Shown here piece after piece: positions 9,289 through 18,347 of a stretch of DNA of 64,000 bases. Under the pieces are notes generated by a model. That model made no database searches. It was not told where the DNA came from and worked only from the letters and a program-made list of their open reading frames with translations. Within the stretch, counting starts at the first letter, position 1, and each line of letters starts with the position of its first letter. This stretch comes from Pirellulales bacterium. GTDB taxonomy: Bacteria > Planctomycetota > Planctomycetia > Pirellulales > JAICIG01. Made by a program: the position numbers and the translations under genes. The DNA lies in NCBI GenBank assembly GCA_035550375.1, contig DASZPH010000061.1, positions 50,514 to 114,513 on the forward strand. The letters are read 5' to 3'.

Positions 9289-10149
9289 ATGCCGATGTAC
9301 GAAGCCTATTGGGGTCTGCGGACTAACCCGTTCCGGGGCGATGCGGGGGGCGAAATCTACGTTGCCAGCCCCGTGCATGAGGAGGCGCTGGCCCGGCTGC
9401 ACTATCTGGTCGAAGCGAACCATCGCCTCGGCCTTCTCTTGGGAGTGTCGGGAAGCGGCAAATCGTTGACGCTGGCCGTCGCCGCCCAGCAGTGGCGAGC
9501 CGTCGGCGCCAACGTCGCCCACACCAGCCTGCTGGCCCGCGACGGCCGCGAAGTTCTCTGGTCGATCGCCAGCGGTTGGGGTTTGAACCTCGACCCGCGA
9601 GCCGGCCTGTTTGAAATGTGGCGGGGGCTGGGAGACAAGCTTTCCGAGAACCGCTGGTGCCAGGTGCCGACGGTCGCCTTGCTGGACGACGCCGACCGCG
9701 CCTCCGCCGAAGTGCTTGACCAGGTGACGAGGCTCATCCACTGCGAGTCCACCGTCGAAAGCCGGCTGACCGTCGTTCTGGCGGTCCGGTCAGACCGCGT
9801 GAGCGAGCTAGGAGGCCAAATTCTCAGCCTCGTGGAGCTCCGGATCGACCTGGCGCCGTGGGACCTGACCGACACGCACAACTACCTGACGCACTGCCTC
9901 GCCCGCGCGGGACGGCCGCAATCCGCGTTCGACGAGGAAGCGGTGATGCGCATCCACGAGCTCTCTCAGGGCGTCGCGCGACGAATCGCCCTGCTGGCCG
10001 ATCTCGGCCTGTTGGCCGCCGCCGGACAGCGGTTAACGACGGTCGACGCCCATACGATCGAAACGGTTTACGACGAGCTCGGCGTGATGGACGTGGAGGC
10101 TGGCGAGGCGGAGAGCTGGTCTCGACGCGCCGCGGTCACGCCGTTATAA
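9289..10149 (+). CDS. ExeA/GspA-like AAA ATPase (AAA_22-type)
   Basis: YWGLRTNPF...HEEALARLHYLV is the ExeA-type N-terminus. Walker A is GVSGSGKS and Walker B is VALLDDAD. Confidence 0.72.
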   Translation: MPMYEAYWGLRTNPFRGDAGGEIYVASPVHEEALARLHYLVEANHRLGLLLGVSGSGKSLTLAVAAQQWRAVGANVAHTSLLARDGREVLWSIASGWGLNLDPRAGLFEMWRGLGDKLSENRWCQVPTVALLDDADRASAEVLDQVTRLIHCESTVESRLTVVLAVRSDRVSELGGQILSLVELRIDLAPWDLTDTHNYLTHCLARAGRPQSAFDEEAVMRIHELSQGVARRIALLADLGLLAAAGQRLTTVDAHTIETVYDELGVMDVEAGEAESWSRRAAVTPL

Positions 10150-10210
10150 ACCGCCCACTTTCCGGCTGCGCCGGAATTTTACAATCCCTGGACCGTGCAA
10201 GGATGCCGAG

Positions 10211-11158
10211 ATGGGACTGATTGTGGCGGCCTGCTTGACGCTGGCTACCCAGGCAGAGATTCAGGTCGGACGCGATAGCCTGCTTGTGGAAAGGGCCGAC
10301 GCTCGTATCCAGGTCTTTACCTATAAGTCCCCGAATTTCGACCGTGGCCCGATGATCGTGGTGTGCCACGGCATGCTCCGCAACGCCGACGAATATCGCG
10401 ACGACGCACGGGCGCTCGCCGACCGGGTCGGCGGTCTGGTGGTGGCTCCGGAGTTCCCCCTCGACGATTTCCCGTATGAGCGCTATCAGGCGGGCGGCCT
10501 GCTCGCCGACGGCGAGCTCACCCCACGCTCCTCCTGGACGTGGCAGCTTGTGCTGGCCGTGGTTGAAGAGATCCGTCGCCGCGAAAGCCAGCCCGACATG
10601 CCGTACTACCTGTTCGGGCACTCGGGCGGGGGCCAGTTCCTCGTCCGCATGGCCGGCTTTGTACCGACCGATGCCCAGCGGATCGTCGTCGCCAACGCCG
10701 GCGCCCAACTCTTTCCGTCGCGCGACCTGCCCTATCCCTACGGATTCGGCGGTTTGCCCAACGAGGTCAGCGACGACGCGGCCCTGCAGCGCTATCTGGC
10801 CCAGCCGATCACGCTTTATCTGGGAGACGACGACCGACTGCGCGACGAGTACCTCGACGTCACCGACGAAGCAGAACAGCAAGGCGCCAATCGTCGCGCG
10901 CGGGCCAGAAACTCGTTCGAGGCGGCCAAGAGACTGGCGAAAGAAAAAGGCTGGAGGTTCAACTGGCAGCTCGTCACGGCGCCGGGCGTGGCGCACGATC
11001 ACCAGAAGATGCTCGACCACGGCCTATGCGAAACCGCTTTGCATCCGGACAGGCAAGCGAAGGGCAGCCGCCGATCCGTTCGCTCCACGGCAATCATCCC
11101 CAATGGGGCCATTCGCTCGGTGGCCTTCAAGACTCGCCGTAATCAATTGCGCCGATAA
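10211..11158 (+). CDS. Alpha/beta-fold hydrolase (esterase/depolymerase-like)
   Basis: VVCHGMLRNADEYRDD and the nucleophile elbow GHSGGG (LFGHSGGGQF). A late HDH may supply the catalytic His. Confidence 0.65.
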   Translation: MGLIVAACLTLATQAEIQVGRDSLLVERADARIQVFTYKSPNFDRGPMIVVCHGMLRNADEYRDDARALADRVGGLVVAPEFPLDDFPYERYQAGGLLADGELTPRSSWTWQLVLAVVEEIRRRESQPDMPYYLFGHSGGGQFLVRMAGFVPTDAQRIVVANAGAQLFPSRDLPYPYGFGGLPNEVSDDAALQRYLAQPITLYLGDDDRLRDEYLDVTDEAEQQGANRRARARNSFEAAKRLAKEKGWRFNWQLVTAPGVAHDHQKMLDHGLCETALHPDRQAKGSRRSVRSTAIIPNGAIRSVAFKTRRNQLRR

Positions 11159-11430
11159 GCCTAAAACGCCGGGCGTCGGGGTCGCCCACGGTTGGAGGGC
11201 GTGGGCGTCGAGCGAACTCGATTCCCCGACCAGATGTTTGCGAGATCGTCGCAGCCGTCGGACCCAAGTGAGCGGCTGCGGGCTCTCGCTCACCTCCCGG
11301 CAAGACCGATCGAAACGACCGGTCATCACGAGGCCCACTCTCATTCTAGGAGCCGCGTCCAGTTCGAGAGTTTTCGAGTTCGACCTGCATCGCTTAGCCC
11401 GGATTGTTCACCGGGGCCCCACCAACCCAA

Positions 11431-11472
11431 AGCGTAAGCGAGGAGCACGACGCAACCGCCCTCGCTCACGCT
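11431..11472 (+). repeat. REP-like palindromic element, copy 2 (variant)
   Basis: AGCGTAAGCGAGG (11431-11443) pairs with CCTCGCTCACGCT (11460-11472), 12 of 13 positions, followed by TCGGGTTAGTATCG. Same architecture and orientation as copies 1 and 3. Confidence 0.65.
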
Positions 11473-11535
11473 TCGGGTTAGTATCGTCGCAGTAGGCGCG
11501 CAAGCCTCCGGGGCCGGTGAGTAATCCGAGTTAGC

Positions 11536-11631
11536 TTAACCGGCAGCCAACGGCGACCGTGAGGTCGGAAACCGCGAATTGGTACTTTCGGGCCGGCATT
11601 GACGCCCTCCCCGCGGCCGTTGGCTGCCGGT
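11536..11631 (+). repeat. TTAACCGGYAGCCAACGGCG-type repeat, with its own inverted partner
   Basis: 11536-11568 TTAACCGGCAGCCAACGGCGACCGTGAGGTCGG matches 43135-43167 at about 29 of 33 positions. The 16-bp core ACCGGCAGCCAACGGC (11539-11554) recurs inverted at 11616-11631. Confidence 0.6.
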
Positions 11632-11839
11632 CAAACAACCCGAAGGTAAAATGCGGAAGTTTCGAACTGGATACAGCGCTTGGAGCGGATCAAATCGGGG
11701 CCCGTGAACCGAAAAACGATGGTGCCTCGGGCGGGGTAGAAGGGTAGACTTCCAGCGGTAAACTTCCGGTCGCAGGGATTGGGCCTTTCCGGAGGGCAAT
11801 ATTGAGTTTTCCTCGACACTTCTTCCCTTGCCACCCGCC

Positions 11840-12766
11840 ATGACGGATGCCGATCCGGAACCGCCTCGCGGCGTCGTGATTGTGGCTAACCCGTACAGCG
11901 GGGCCAAGGAAAACCGCGCGTGCGTTGAGGCGCTTGTGGCCGCCTTGTACCAGCGGCGGTTAGAGCCCCGCGTCATCTGGGACCTGAACGAGTTGGCCGA
12001 GGTGGCGGCCGATGCAGGTTCCCCCCAGCGGTACCGGGTTGTCGTGGCGGCCGGCGGCGACGGGACACTCAACCGCGTCATCAATCTGCAACGCACGCTG
12101 CCGGTGTTTATGTTCCCCTTGGGGAATGAAAACCTTTTTTCACGCCAGTTGGGCCTCTGCTGCGATCCCCAGCACGCGGCCGACGCGGTTGCCGACGGCC
12201 GTACCGAGAAGATCGACCTCGGCCGCGCGGGCGAGCGCCTGTTTTCAATCGTGGCCAGTGCCGGTTTCGACGGCGACGCGGCCCACCGGCTGGCCCACTG
12301 GCGAAAGCGAGACGACCGCCTGCGACGCGTGTGGAGCGTCGACTACGCGCTGCCGATGCTGAACGCCGCCCGGCACTACCGCTATCCGCCGATCGACGTC
12401 GACGCGGACGGCCGGAAGGTGCGGGGAGCGTTGTGCATGGTCTTCAACATCCCGCAGTATGCCAGCCGGCTGCCTCTGGCGTTCGATGCCGACCCACACG
12501 ACGGCCTGCTCGACTGGCTCGTGTTCGAGAAGCCCGGCAATTTGCCCTTAATGGGTTATGCCCTCAGTGTCTGGCTGAACCGGCACCGGCAGCGCGAGGA
12601 CGTTCACCACGGCCGGGCACGCCGCGTCGTGCTGGCGTCCAGCGAACCGGTGCCGCTGGAGATCGACGGCGAGGCGGCCGATTTTGCCCCGGTGACGATC
12701 GAGGTCGTGCCCGACGCAATCCGCGTAATCGTCCCGTCGACCCGGTGCGCATGCCACGCGAGGTAG
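11840..12766 (+). CDS. Diacylglycerol-kinase-like lipid kinase (YegS/BmrU family)
   Basis: VVIVANPYSG and VVAAGGDGTLNRVIN are catalytic-domain motifs. ATG at 11840 (the track ORF starts at TTG 11828). Confidence 0.8.
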   Translation: MTDADPEPPRGVVIVANPYSGAKENRACVEALVAALYQRRLEPRVIWDLNELAEVAADAGSPQRYRVVVAAGGDGTLNRVINLQRTLPVFMFPLGNENLFSRQLGLCCDPQHAADAVADGRTEKIDLGRAGERLFSIVASAGFDGDAAHRLAHWRKRDDRLRRVWSVDYALPMLNAARHYRYPPIDVDADGRKVRGALCMVFNIPQYASRLPLAFDADPHDGLLDWLVFEKPGNLPLMGYALSVWLNRHRQREDVHHGRARRVVLASSEPVPLEIDGEAADFAPVTIEVVPDAIRVIVPSTRCACHAR

Positions 12767-12835
12767 TCGCCGCCTGAAGCAGACCTAGCCGCCAACAAGC
12801 TTCTCCCCCCGGAATGATGACAAATTTTCGTTTTT

Positions 12836-12848
12836 TGACTACTTGTCA
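12836..12848. promoter_or_regulatory. Candidate TetR operator O1 (TGAC-N5-GTCA inside an 8-bp-arm palindrome)
   Basis: TTTTTGAC tactt GTCAAAAA spans 12832-12852. An extra half-site, TGACAA, lies at 12818-12823. The site ends 9 nt upstream of the tetR ATG. Confidence 0.45.
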
Positions 12849-12860
12849 AAAACACACCAG

Positions 12861-13637
12861 ATGCCGATAATGGTTTTTATGAAGAGCACGCTAACCCGCA
12901 AGCAACGAGAAGTGAAGGAACGGGAAGGCCGCATCCTCGAACTGGCCCGCCAGATGATCGTTCAGGACGGCTATCACGGCCTGAGCATGGATCGGATCGC
13001 CGAGGCCCTGGAGTACTCCAAAGGCACAATCTACCAGCACTTTTCCTGCAAAGAAGAGATTCTGATGGCGCTGGTGAACCAGTCGATGCAGCGCCGGGTC
13101 GATCTCTTCCGCAGGGCCGCCGCTTTTCAGGGCCGGTCACGCGAGCGCATGACGGCGATCGGGGCAAGCAGCGAGTTGTTCTGCCAACTCTATCCCGACA
13201 ACGTCCATGTCGAGCATGCCATCCGCATAACGTCCATCAAGGAAAAAGCTTCCGAGCAGCGTCGAATGTGCCTGGAGAGATGCGAGGCAAGCTGCTCGGA
13301 GATCGTGCGCGGCGTCATCAGCGACGCCGTAGCCGCCGGCGATCTCGCGGTCGAGGGTGAGGTCGGCGTGGAACAGGTGGCGTTCGGGCTGTGGTCGCTG
13401 ACGTTCGGGGGGTACTCGATCGCCGCCACAAGCCCCTCGCTGGCAAACCTGGGAATCCACGACCCGATCATGGCCATCCGTAACAATTGCAACCGTCTGC
13501 TCGATGGCTTTGGCTGGAAGCCGCTCGCAAAGGACCTTGACCTTCCCGCGCTGGTCGAGCGCATTCAACGTGAACTGTTCGCCCCCGAATTGGCCCAGCT
13601 CGCCGAACTGAATCGCGGCCGGGCTCGCCGTGGCTGA
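12861..13637 (+). CDS. TetR-family transcriptional regulator
   Basis: The HTH region reads ILELARQMIVQDGYHGLSMDRIAEALEYSKGTIYQHFSCKEEIL. ATG at 12861; in-frame ATGs at 12870 and 12879 are alternatives. Confidence 0.85.
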   Translation: MPIMVFMKSTLTRKQREVKEREGRILELARQMIVQDGYHGLSMDRIAEALEYSKGTIYQHFSCKEEILMALVNQSMQRRVDLFRRAAAFQGRSRERMTAIGASSELFCQLYPDNVHVEHAIRITSIKEKASEQRRMCLERCEASCSEIVRGVISDAVAAGDLAVEGEVGVEQVAFGLWSLTFGGYSIAATSPSLANLGIHDPIMAIRNNCNRLLDGFGWKPLAKDLDLPALVERIQRELFAPELAQLAELNRGRARRG

Positions 13638-13658
13638 CTCCTTTTTTTGCCAAGAAAC

Positions 13659-13671
13659 TGACGATATGTCA
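13659..13671. promoter_or_regulatory. Candidate TetR operator O2 upstream of the devC-like gene
   Basis: TGAC gatat GTCA has the same TGAC-N5-GTCA core as O1. It sits 18 nt upstream of ATG 13689, after a T7 run at 13641-13647. Confidence 0.4.
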
Positions 13672-13688
13672 CAAATCGACTCAAGGTT

Positions 13689-14870
13689 ATGCCCAAGTTG
13701 GCCGCGACAAAGCCAGGGAGGCACGCGATGAACTGGGTGGCCCTGCGGATGCTGACTGGCGACCGCGTCAAGTTCTTTGGACTTGTGTTCGGGGTCACGT
13801 TCGCGACCTTTCTAATGTCGCAGCAGGTGTCGGTCTTCGTGGGCATCGTCCGCCGGTCGGCGAGCCAGATCGTCGACGTGCGTGACGCGGGCATCTGGGT
13901 GATGGATCCACGGGTACGCCACTTCGACGAAGCGCCGGGGTTGCCGCGCGGCGTCCTGCAACGCGTCCGCAGCGTCGACGGGGTCGAATGGGCGGTGCCG
14001 TTCTACAAAGGACAGGTGCTGGCGAGAATCGAGTCGGGCCTGCCCCGGAACGTCATCCTGGAGGCCGTCGACGACGCCAGCCTGGTCGCTGCGCCGCAGC
14101 AACTTATCGCGGGCGACCTGGCCGACCTGCGCCGCCCCTACGCCGTGATCATCGACAAGGCGGGCTACGAGTACCTCTGGCCGGGCGAGCCGGTTCGGCT
14201 GTGGCGGGAGTTCGAGATCAACGATCGCCGTGCTCAACTGGTCGGCGTCTGCAAAGCGTCGGCCCCGTTCGTCACCCTGCCGGTGATGTACACGCGGTTC
14301 AACGAAGCCCTGCACTATGTTCCCACCAAGCGCAACTTGATGAACTACGTGCTGGCCGAAGTGGCAGCCGGCGAAACGGGCGCGGCGGTAGCGGAACGGA
14401 TCACGCGCGAGACGGGCCTGCTCGCCGTCACCCAGCAACGATTTTTCTGGAACACGATCGAGTACATGCTGGGCTCGACCGGCATTCCCGTGAATTTCGG
14501 CATCACGATCGCGCTGGGGTTCATCGTCGGCGTAGCCGTGGCGGGGCAGACATTTTATCTGTTCACGCTGGAGAACCTGAAGCATTTCGGCTCGCTCAAA
14601 GCGATGGGGGTGAACAACGGCCGGCTGATCGCCATGATCTTGCTGCAGGCCATGTCGGTGGGGGGCATCGGGTTCGGCCTGGGCGTCGGTCTGACGGCCC
14701 TATTCTTCGAGCGAACGAACCAGATCACGCACCTGGCCGGACTGTTCATGCCCTGGCAGGCGGTCGCCGGGGTCGGCTTCGCCGTGCTGGCGATCATCGC
14801 GCTGGCCAGCCTGTTGAGCGTGCGTCGGGTTTTGTTCCTGGAACCAGCCGTGGTGTTTCGAGGTGCATGA
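13689..14870 (+). CDS. devC: ABC exporter permease, FtsX/DevC-like
   Basis: N-terminal TM (FFGLVFGVTFATFLMSQQVSVFVGIV), a large periplasmic loop, and a C-terminal FtsX-type 3-TM bundle. The alternative start ATG 13728 (MNWVAL) is plausible. Confidence 0.8.
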   Translation: MPKLAATKPGRHAMNWVALRMLTGDRVKFFGLVFGVTFATFLMSQQVSVFVGIVRRSASQIVDVRDAGIWVMDPRVRHFDEAPGLPRGVLQRVRSVDGVEWAVPFYKGQVLARIESGLPRNVILEAVDDASLVAAPQQLIAGDLADLRRPYAVIIDKAGYEYLWPGEPVRLWREFEINDRRAQLVGVCKASAPFVTLPVMYTRFNEALHYVPTKRNLMNYVLAEVAAGETGAAVAERITRETGLLAVTQQRFFWNTIEYMLGSTGIPVNFGITIALGFIVGVAVAGQTFYLFTLENLKHFGSLKAMGVNNGRLIAMILLQAMSVGGIGFGLGVGLTALFFERTNQITHLAGLFMPWQAVAGVGFAVLAIIALASLLSVRRVLFLEPAVVFRGA

Positions 14871-15649
14871 TGAAGCTGCTAGATCGAGCGCAAAGGCGGT
14901 CCGGACACCATCTTGGCCGCCCCCAAGTCAAAGAGCCCTACATGCCAGGCGGAGGGGTGCAGCCGCCGGCCGTCTGGGGCCGCGCCCTGACCAAGGCGTT
15001 CGGCGACGGCGAGACGCGCGTACAGGCGCTGCGGGGCGTCGATCTGGAGGTTCTGCCCGGCTCCATCACGCTCCTCGTCGGCCCTTCCGGATGCGGCAAA
15101 ACAACGCTGATCTCGATCGTCGCGGGTCTGCTCGATCCGACCGAGGGCGACCTGCACGTGTTGGGTCACGATCTGGCGTGCATGTCGCCGAGCGGGCTGG
15201 TTGATTTTCGTGCGCGGAACCTCGGCTTTGTGTTCCAGCAATACAACCTGCTCCCGTCGCTCACGGCCGCCGAGAACGCCTCGTTACCGTTGCTCGTTGC
15301 CGGCATGTCGCGGCGTTCGGCGATCGCCTCGGCACGCGTCGTTCTCGAGCGGGTGGGTCTCGCCGACCGGGCCGACGCCCTACCGTCGCAACTGTCGGGC
15401 GGGCAGCAGCAGAGGGTGGCGATCGCGAGGGCCTTGGTTCACCAGCCGCGGCTCTTGGTTTGCGACGAACCGACGGCCGCGCTCGATGCCCAGGCCGGTC
15501 AAACCGTGATGGAACTCTTCCAGGAGGTCGCGGTGGAACCCGACCGTGCGGTGATCATCGTCACCCACGACAACCGCGTGCTGCACTACGGCCGACGGAT
15601 TATCCACATGTCGGACGGCCGCATTGAGCGAATCGAGAATAACGAGTGA
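14867..15649 (+). CDS. devA: ABC transporter ATP-binding protein (DevA/MacB/LolD-like)
   Basis: Walker A GPSGCGKTT, Q-loop, signature LSGGQQQRVAIARAL, Walker B LLVCDEPT. ATG 14867 overlaps the permease stop. ATG 14942 is an alternative start. Confidence 0.9.
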   Translation: MMKLLDRAQRRSGHHLGRPQVKEPYMPGGGVQPPAVWGRALTKAFGDGETRVQALRGVDLEVLPGSITLLVGPSGCGKTTLISIVAGLLDPTEGDLHVLGHDLACMSPSGLVDFRARNLGFVFQQYNLLPSLTAAENASLPLLVAGMSRRSAIASARVVLERVGLADRADALPSQLSGGQQQRVAIARALVHQPRLLVCDEPTAALDAQAGQTVMELFQEVAVEPDRAVIIVTHDNRVLHYGRRIIHMSDGRIERIENNE

Positions 15650-15674
15650 GACACCCTAGACCCAAAAACGAAGG

Positions 15675-16766
15675 ATGAAGAACTGTATGAAACGCTACCT
15701 CCTCTGGCTCTTGCCGTTTTCGGCCGGTGCGATGGTGCTGTTCGCCAGCCGCCATGTTTACACCCAGCAGCAGCCGCTGACTCGCCTGGCACCGCCAAGG
15801 CAGCCGGCGCGGACTCCCTTTGCCCACTCGATCGCGGCCACCGGCATTCTGGAGGCGGCGACGCAGAACATCGCCATCGGCTCGGCCCTTCCCGGTATCG
15901 TGCTGGAGGTTTACGTTCCGGTGCAGCGAGTCGGGACGCGCGTCTCGCGCGGCGACCCGCTGTTCCGCGTCGACGATCGGCACTTGAAGGCCCAACTCGC
16001 GATGGCGCAGACCAGGGCGACATCGGCGCGGGCCCAGTTGACGAAACTGGAAAACCAGCCGCGGCCGGAAGAAATTCCGCCGAGCGAGGCCAAGGTGGAA
16101 GCGGCCAAGGCCAACGCCGAGCGGACGCGCGACGACTACGAGCGGGCGAGGTCCTTGGGAAATCAGCGGGCTGTTTCCGAGCAGGAGGTGGTAACCAAGC
16201 GTTTGCTTCATGAGGAAGCGGTCCAGCAATGGCGGCGGGCGCAGCGGGAACACTCGCTCCTCCTGGCCGGCGCCTGGCAGCCCGACATCGACATTGCCCG
16301 CGCCGCCGTCGAGCAAGCCGAGGCGGAAGTGTCGCAAATCGCCACCGAGATCGAGCGGGCCACCGTGCGGGCGCCGATCGACGGACAGGTTTTGCAGGTT
16401 AACGTGCGCGAGGGAGAGCGCGTGGCCGATCAGTCGCAGCAAACGCTGATGGTCGTCGGCCGGTTGAATCCGCTGCACGTGCGTGCCGACATCGACGAGC
16501 ACGACATCGCCGAGTTCCGCACCAACGCCCAGGCCATGTTGCAGCTTCGCGGCAAGGACGATCGTCACTATCGGCTGGAGTTCGTGCGCGTCGAGCCGTA
16601 TGTGGTGGCCAAACGCTGGCTGACCGGCGACAACACCGAGCGCGTCGACACCCGGGTCCTGCAGGTCATTTACGCGCTGGCCGACGACGAGGCGGCGGCC
16701 TTTGTGGGCCAGCAGGTCGACGTGTTCATCGACACGGGCGACGAACCTCGGCTGGCCCTGCAGTAG
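15675..16766 (+). CDS. devB: HlyD/DevB-family periplasmic adaptor
   Basis: Signal anchor, a coiled-coil hairpin (QLAMAQTRATSARAQL...AEVSQIATEIERATVRAPIDGQVLQV), and a beta-barrel C-terminus. Confidence 0.85.
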   Translation: MKNCMKRYLLWLLPFSAGAMVLFASRHVYTQQQPLTRLAPPRQPARTPFAHSIAATGILEAATQNIAIGSALPGIVLEVYVPVQRVGTRVSRGDPLFRVDDRHLKAQLAMAQTRATSARAQLTKLENQPRPEEIPPSEAKVEAAKANAERTRDDYERARSLGNQRAVSEQEVVTKRLLHEEAVQQWRRAQREHSLLLAGAWQPDIDIARAAVEQAEAEVSQIATEIERATVRAPIDGQVLQVNVREGERVADQSQQTLMVVGRLNPLHVRADIDEHDIAEFRTNAQAMLQLRGKDDRHYRLEFVRVEPYVVAKRWLTGDNTERVDTRVLQVIYALADDEAAAFVGQQVDVFIDTGDEPRLALQ

Positions 16767-16778
16767 CGTCCGAGCTAC

Positions 16779-18347
16779 TCAGCATGAAGGGCTAAGCCTG
16801 AACACGTGCGCTTGCCAGGCGGCCACGTCGAGGTAGAGCCCGCGCGTCGCCAGATCGTCGCCGCTGCGATCGTAGCGAGCGTCGCTTAGAAGATCTTCAA
16901 ACCGCCATTGGCTGCCGCCCAGGTCGGAGAAGGGAAGGTGAACGTAGCATTGGCTCGCGTGCGGTGCGTAGTTCACGGCGACGAGCAGCCGTTCCTCGCC
17001 GGGCGCGTCCCAGGTAAAGGCGATAAAACAGCCGGTCGTCCCGTTCCCTTCCCAGGCGGGAAGGCACTCGGCCAATTGCCATCGCCCTTGGCGAACGACC
17101 TGCTTGCGCAACACGGCAAGCAGCCGCGCATAGAATTGCTCGATTCCCGCGTCGACCGGTTCGTCGGGCCGACGGCAAAGGTGGGGCGAAACGCGTTTCT
17201 TCCGCCCTTGGAATTGCCCCTCGTGAAAGAAACGGAGGCCCGGAGAGAGGAACGTGATCACGGCCGCCGCGGGATGCACGTCGGGCGGAAAAGTTGTCGC
17301 GGCGCGGGGCTCGTCGTGGTTTTCGAGGAATCGGGCCAGCTTGTCCTGGAAGTCGAGGCCGGCGAAGAGGTGTTCTCGCACCGGTCGTGCCTCGCCGCCG
17401 CGCAAGCGATCGTAGAGCCGCTTGTCGTAGGTGTAGTCGAAGCCCTGCTGCTGCAGCGTCCATTCCAGGTCCCAGTAGACTTCGGCCATGAAGGAAAAAT
17501 CGGGATGCTGTCGCCGCACTTGCTCGGTGGCCCGCGGCCAGAAGGGCTGGCTGCCGATGCCCCAGGTCCGTTGAAAAACGTCGGGCAGAACGAGCATCGC
17601 CATGTCGCAGCGCAGGCCGTCGCACTGGCCGGCGATGCGCTTCAACTCGCCGATCATCGCTTCCTGAGTGGCCGGGTTGCCGTAGTTAAGCTGCAGCGTG
17701 TCAGGCCAACCGGCAAAATAGGGGTCGCGCCCGTAGGCGAGCAGCAGGTCGCCCCGCTTGCGCCGGGCCCAGACATAATTATGCGGGGCCCGCGCGAGAT
17801 CGAGCTCGGTGCCCGGTACGTAGTATTCCGGGTGCTCTTCGACCCAGGGATGGTCCAGGGCCGTGTGGTTGGGGACGAAGTCGAGCATCAGCCTCAGCCC
17901 GCGCTGGCGAAGCCGCTCCCGCAGGCGGGCCAGCGCCTCGTCGCCCCCCAGGCGCCGGTCGACCGAGTAGCCGGCGATGGCGAAGCCGGAGCCTGCGATA
18001 TCGGCGTCGCACAAATTGGGGAGGGTTTCCAGAAACTCCTTCCGCCACTCGGCGTTCGCGCAGGAGATGGCGCGCCCCGCCAGGCCGGTTTTCCAGACGC
18101 TCAACAGCCAGACAAAATCGAAGCCCGCCTCCGCTAGCCGATCGAGCTCGGCGTCGGCGATGTCGTCCAGCTCGGCCGGCCGGCCCAGCCCGCGGCTAAG
18201 CTCCGTCAGCCAGACTCGCGTGTTGATTTGGTAGAGCGACGGGTATCGGGGGAGCCTGGTCTGCCAGGCCTCGGCCGGAACGGAACCCGGCATAACCGCC
18301 TGGTCAAAAGTCGAGGGGAGCGAATGGACCGCCATGAAGGTCTCCAC
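16779..18347 (-). CDS. GH13 (alpha-amylase family) glycoside hydrolase
   Basis: DFVPNHTALDHPW (region I), GLRCDMA (region II nucleophile) and FLENHDEPR (region IV). The GTG start at 18347 abuts the stop of the upstream gene. ATG 18335 is an alternative. Confidence 0.82.
   Translation of the reverse strand: METFMAVHSLPSTFDQAVMPGSVPAEAWQTRLPRYPSLYQINTRVWLTELSRGLGRPAELDDIADAELDRLAEAGFDFVWLLSVWKTGLAGRAISCANAEWRKEFLETLPNLCDADIAGSGFAIAGYSVDRRLGGDEALARLRERLRQRGLRLMLDFVPNHTALDHPWVEEHPEYYVPGTELDLARAPHNYVWARRKRGDLLLAYGRDPYFAGWPDTLQLNYGNPATQEAMIGELKRIAGQCDGLRCDMAMLVLPDVFQRTWGIGSQPFWPRATEQVRRQHPDFSFMAEVYWDLEWTLQQQGFDYTYDKRLYDRLRGGEARPVREHLFAGLDFQDKLARFLENHDEPRAATTFPPDVHPAAAVITFLSPGLRFFHEGQFQGRKKRVSPHLCRRPDEPVDAGIEQFYARLLAVLRKQVVRQGRWQLAECLPAWEGNGTTGCFIAFTWDAPGEERLLVAVNYAPHASQCYVHLPFSDLGGSQWRFEDLLSDARYDRSGDDLATRGLYLDVAAWQAHVFRLSPSC

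Noticed and set aside
13988-14866. 5' two-thirds of track ORF 13988..15649, which would give a 553-aa protein
   Set aside because: Only the part from about 14867 shows ABC ATPase motifs. The upstream part overlaps the DevC-like permease in another frame and is Arg/Gly/Pro-rich.
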